Source of the DNA: Escherichia coli
GTDB taxonomy: Bacteria; Pseudomonadota; Gammaproteobacteria; Enterobacterales; Enterobacteriaceae
Length of the DNA stretch: 64,000 bases
Direction: 5' to 3' (one strand)
Assembly (NCBI RefSeq): GCF_050920415.1
Contig: NZ_CP169309.1
The stretch's first letter is position 1, and each line of letters begins with the position of its first letter. The translations under genes were made by a program, and so were the position numbers. Shown in pieces: positions 45,401 to 51,400 of the stretch. The notes beneath the pieces were generated by a model. That model was not told where the DNA came from, ran no database searches, and saw only the letters and a list, made by a program, of their open reading frames with translations.

Positions 45401-48400
45401 ACGCCGACGCTCCAGGTGCCATCGGCGAGTACCGTTGCGCCGTAGGTGACGTTGTTGATGACTACCGTCAACGCCGCGCCCGCCGCCAGTCCGCTACTGC
45501 TACCGGTGACCACCAGCGCCTGAGTGTGCTCAATGCTGTTAATCACATCATCGCCTGCCACGGTATCGACCCGCAGGCCTGGCAGATTGGCGTCTATCAC
45601 GATGTCGTGCGTTGCGGTGCCAGTATTATTTGCGGAATTAGTCACCGAGGCGCTGATGGTCAGTTCACCGTTACCCAGCGCCTGCAAATCTGCCGCAGGC
45701 ACGCTGACGCTCCAGCTTAAATCTGGCTGCACGGTGGCAATGTATTGATTACCACCAATAGTGACAATCACCGTATTCCCCGCAACCGCCGTCCCCGTAA
45801 CCTGTCCGCTGAGGGTCTGGTTAACGGCGATTTCAGCGGCGTTGATAATGTCATCACCCGCCACAGTATTAATGATTACCCCTGGCAGGAGCGATTCGAC
45901 ATTCACCGTATGGGTAGTACTACCGCTGTTACCCGCGCTGTCGGTGGCGCTGGCGCTAATCGAATAAACCGCCTCGCCCAGTGCGCCGACCGCCGAAGCC
46001 GGCACGGTAACGCTCCAGTTGCCGGAGCCGTCGGTGGTGGCGCTGTACGCCAGGCCGTTCAACATCACGGTGACCGTAGTGCCTGCCGCCAGGCCGCTGG
46101 AGACGCCGCTGATGATCAGATCCTGGGTTTTCTCCGCATTATTAATAATGTCATCACCGGAGACAGTGTTAATGGTCAGCGTCGGGCCACTGAGATCAAC
46201 GGTCACATCGTGAGTCGTGCTGTCGCTGTTGCCCGCGCGATCGCTCAGGCTGGCGGTGATGGTCTGGCTACCGGTTGCCAGTGCCGTGACATCCGCCGCC
46301 GGAATACCCACACTCCAGTTACCGGAGGCGTCCAGCGTTGTGGTGTAGTTTTTACCGTTCAGCGTGACGGTCACCACATCGCCTGCCGCCGCGCCCGTAC
46401 TGGTTCCGCTCACCACCAGCGCCTGCCCGTGTTCGATGGCGTTGATAATGTCATCGCCCGCGACGGTGTTAATGGTGAGATCCGGCGCGGTCACGTCCAC
46501 CGCCAGTGCATGATCCGCGCTTGCCGGATTGCCCGCTTTGTCGCTCACCGTGGCGGTCACGGTATAACTGCTGGCGGTTAATCCGCTTAAATCTGTCGCC
46601 GGAACGTTCACACTCCAGGTGCCATCGGCCTGGACGGTAGTCTGGTACGTGTTGTTATTGAGCGTGACAGTCAGCGTCTGCCCGGCCTGCGCCGTGGTGG
46701 TGCCGCTGATGGTTATCCCCGCGCCCGCTTCGCTCACGTTGAGAATATCGTCGCTGGCGATGGTGTTGATGGTCACAAGCGGCGCGGTGGCATCGACGCT
46801 GTACGCGCGATCGGCCTGGGCGCTGTTGCCGTAAATGTTGCTGACACTCGCCTGCACGTTGCCCGCGCCGTCCGGCAACGCAGCGAGATCGGCAGGCGGC
46901 ACATTCACCGTCCAGCTACCGTTGGTTTCCACAGTGGTGGTGTAATTTTTGCCGCCAAAGGTGACGGTCACCGTCTGCCCGGCTTCTACACCGCTGGTAC
47001 TGCCGCTCACCACCAGCGTTTCGCCTTTTTCGACGGCATTGATCACATCATCGCCGGAGAGAGTGTTAATGGTTATGGCGACCGCCGCCAGATCGACGGT
47101 AACCGGATGGGTAATGGTGGAGGTTGTTCCGGCACTGTTGGTGCCGCTTACCGTGATATCCACCGTACCCGCAGGCCAGTTGCTGACGTCTGCCGCCGGA
47201 ACGCCGAGGTTCCATGTGCCGTCGGCTAACACCGTGGCAGCGTAAGTGACGTTGTTAATCACGACCGTTAATGCCGTTCCTGCCGTCAGCCCGGTGCTGC
47301 TACCTGTTATCACCAGCGCCTGATTGTGCTCAATGCTGTTAATAACATCATCGCCCGCTACGGTATCGACCCGCAAACCAGGCAGATTGGCATCGATCGT
47401 AATATCGCGCGAGCCGCTGCCGGTATTACCAACGTCATTGGTGACCGAGACGTTAACTGTCAGGTCGCCGTTACCCAGCGCCTGAATATCCGCCGCTGGA
47501 ACGCTAACACTCCAGCTTAAATTAGCCTGCACCGTGGCGGTGTAGGTGTTGCCGCCCAGCGTGACGGTAACCGTATCCCCCTGCGCTGCGCCCGTGACCT
47601 GGCCGCTGATGGTCTGGGCGTTACCAGATTCAGCGGCGTTAATAATATCGTCAGTCGCCACTGCGTTAATGGTGACGGCAGGCAAGGCGCTGTTGACCAG
47701 CACATTATGGCTGGCGGAATTACTGTTGCCTGCCGTATCAGTGACGTTCGCGGTTACTGTGTAGTTAGCTTCACCCAACGCGCTAACCGCTGACACTGGC
47801 ACCGTGGCGCTCCAGTTGCCACTGCTATCGGTGGTAGCGGTGTAATTTTGTCCGTTCAGCGTCACTGTAATGGTGGTGCCTGCGGGCTGATTACTGGTGC
47901 CAGTAATTTGCAGATCCGCGCCTTTTTCTGTGGCGTTAATCACGTCATCGCTGGCGATAGTGTTGATGCCAATGGTTGGCGCGGTGAGATTTACGGTGAC
48001 CGTGCGGCTGGCATCATCGCTGTTGCCTGCCGCATCGGTAATGGCCGCAGTGATGGTTTGCGGGCCGCTGCCCAGCGCAGTGACGTCTGCTGCCGGAACG
48101 CCGACGCTCCAGTTGCCGGAGGCGTCCAGCGTGGTAGTGTAGGTTTTACTGTTTAACGTGATGGTGATGACATCGCCCGCTTCGCCGCCAGTGCTGGAAC
48201 CGGAGATCACCAGCGCCTGTCCGTGTTCGGCGGCGTTAATGATGTCATCGCCGGAGACGGTGTTAATGGTTAAAACTGGCACGGTGAGATCCACCGCCAG
48301 GCCGTGAGTGGCGGTCGCCGGGTTACCCGCTTTGTCGCTTACCGAGGCGCTGACCGTGTACGGGCTGGCGGTCAGATTGCTGAGATCTGTTGTCGGCACG

Positions 48401-51400
48401 CTGACGCTCCAGCTACCGCCCGCCTGAACGGTGCCGATGTAAGCCACACCATTAAGCGTGACGGTTACCGTTTGCCCCGCTTCGGCGGTGCTGGTGCCGC
48501 TGATGGTTAACGGATTTCCCGCCTCAGCGGCGTTAAGAATATCGTCGGTGGCGATGGTGTTAATGGCAAGCGTCGGGGCCGTGGCATCGACGCTATAGGC
48601 GTGGGTTGCCGAAGCCGTGTTGCCGTTAATATTGCTGACACTGGCCTGTACCGTGGCGTCGCCGTCACGTAACGCGCTGAGATCGGCGGTGGGTAGCGTA
48701 GTTGTCCAGCTACCATCGCCCGCTACGGTAGCGATATAGGTTTTGCCGCCAAAGGTGACGGTGACGGTTTGCCCCGCTTCCACGCCGGAAGTGCTGCCGG
48801 AAAGGGTTAAATCTGCCCCTTTTTCGGCGGCGTTAATCACATCATCGCCGGAAACGGTGTTAATGGAGATCGCCACCGCCGCCAGATCGACGGTGACCGG
48901 ATGGGTGATGGTGGAGGTTGTTCCGGCAGTGTTAGTGCCGCTTACCGTGATATCCACCGTCCCCGCAGGCCAGTTGCCCACATCTGCCGCCGGAACGCCA
49001 ACGCTCCATGTGCCATCGGCTAATACTGTCGCGCCATAGGTGACGTTATTGATCACCACCGTCAGCGCCGCGCCCGCCGCCAGCCCGCTGCTGCTACCGG
49101 TTATCACCAGTGCCTGACCGTGCTCGATGCTGTTAACCACATCATCGCCCGCCACGGTATCAACGCGCAGACCTGGCAGATTGGCATCTATCACAATATC
49201 GCGCGCACCGCTGCCAGTATTACCCACGCCGTTGGTTACCGAGGCGTTAACTGTCAGGTCGCCATTACCGATGGCCTGAATATCCGCCGCCGGAACGTCC
49301 ACGCTCCAGCTAAAATTGCCCTGCACAGTAGCGGTGTAGGTTTTCCCGCCAAGCGTCACGGTAACCGTATCGCCCGCCGCCGCGCCCGTCACCTGGCCGC
49401 TGATGGTCTGCGCCACGCCCGATTCCGCCGCGTTAATAATATCGTCGGTCGCCACCGGATTAATGGTGACACCCGGCAGCGCGGTATTCACCTCCACGTT
49501 ATGGCTGGCGGAATTGCTGTTGCCCGCGCTGTCGGTGACGTTCGCCGTCACCGTGTAACTGGCTTCGCCCAGCGCACCGACGGCAGAGGCTGGCACCGTG
49601 GTGCTCCAGTTGCCTGCGGCGTCCGTCGTGGCGGAGTAATTTTGCCCGTTAAGCGTCACCGTAATTGTGGTGCCTGTTGGCTGATTACTGGTGCCGGAAA
49701 TTTGCAGATCCGCGCCTTTTTCCGTGGCATTAATCACGTCATCGCTGGCAATGGGGTTGATGCCAATGGTCGGCGCGGTAAGGTTAACGGTGACCGTGTG
49801 CGTCTCGTTGTCGCTGTTGCCAGCCACATCGGTAACGGTCGCCGTCACGGTTTGCGGGCCGCTGCCCAGCGCAGAGACATCCGCAGCCGGAACGCCGACG
49901 CTCCAGTTGCCGGAGGCATCCAGGGTGGTGGTGTAGGTTTTATTGTTTAGCGTGACGCTGACGATATCGCCCGCCTCCCCGCCAGTGCTGGAACCGGAAA
50001 TCACCAGCGCCTGCCCGTGTTCGGCGGCGTTAATAATATCATCGCCCGCAATGGTGTTAATGGTCAGTACCGGAACGGTGAGATCCACCGCCAGATTATG
50101 CGTGGTGCTCGCCGGGTTGCCCGCTTTGTCATTAACCGTGGCGGTCAGGGTGTGGCTGCCATCCGTCAATGCCTCAAGGTCTGCCGCCGGAATAGTAATA
50201 CTCCAGCTGCCGTCGGCCTGTACCGTTGCCTGATAGGTCTGCACGGTCGGGCTATTGAGCGTTACCGTAACAATCTGCCCCGCTTCAGCGGTGGTGGTGC
50301 CGCTCACCGTCACACCCGCATCGGCTTCGCTGGCGTTGACGATATTGTCGCTGGCGACGGTATTGATAATGATGGTTGGCGCGCTGCTATCGACGCTGTA
50401 GTTATGCACCGCCGAGGCGCTATTGCCATTGATATTGCTGACGCTGGCCTGCGCGGAGGCGCTGCCCTCAGGTAATGCTGCCAGATCGGCGGCAGGAACG
50501 GTGGCAGTCCAGCTACCATCGCTCGCCACGCTGGCGGTGTAATTTTTCCCGCCAAAGGTGACGGTGACGGTTTGACCGGGTTCTACATTCGTGGTGGTGC
50601 CGGAAAGGGTTAAATCAGCGCCTTTTTCTGCGGCGTTAATCACGTCGTCCGTAGCGATGGTGTTGATGGTGATCGCCGCTGGCGTGAGATCGACCGTTAC
50701 CGGATGCGTAATGCTTATCGGATTTCCGGCGCTACTTTCCCCGGACACAGTAACCGTCACTGTTCCCGCAGGCCAGGCGCTAACCTGCGCCGCCGTGACG
50801 CCCACGCTCCAGCCACCATCGGCCAGCACCGCAGTGGTGTATTCCACATTGTTAATCATAACGGTAAGCGGCGTGCCTTCTGCCAGCCCCGAGCTGCTGC
50901 CGCTGACCACCAGCGCCTGCCCGTGTTCGATGATATTGACCACATCATCACCCGCCACCGTATCGACCCGCAGACCGGGCAGATTGGCGTCGATGGTGAT
51001 ATCCCGCGTGCCGCTGCCGGTGTTGCCGTTTTGATTGGTGACCGAGGCGCTCACCGTTAAATCACCATTACCCAGCGCCTGAATATCCGCCGCCGGAACG
51101 CTCACGCTCCAGCTTAAACCGGCCTGCACGGTGGCGGTGTAAGTATTACCGCCAAGCGTAACGGTTACCGCGTCGCCAACGGCGGCTCCGGTAACCTGCC
51201 CGCTGATGGTTTGCGCAACGCCCGCTTCGGCGGCGTTAATAATATCGTCGGTTGCCACCGGGTTAATGGTCACGCCGGGCAACGCGCTGTCGACCAGCAT
51301 GTTATGGCTGGCGGTGGCGCTGTTACCGATACCGCTGGTCACTGCTGCTGTCACCGTATAGTTGGCCTGGCCCAAGGCGGTTACCGCCGATGCCGGAACG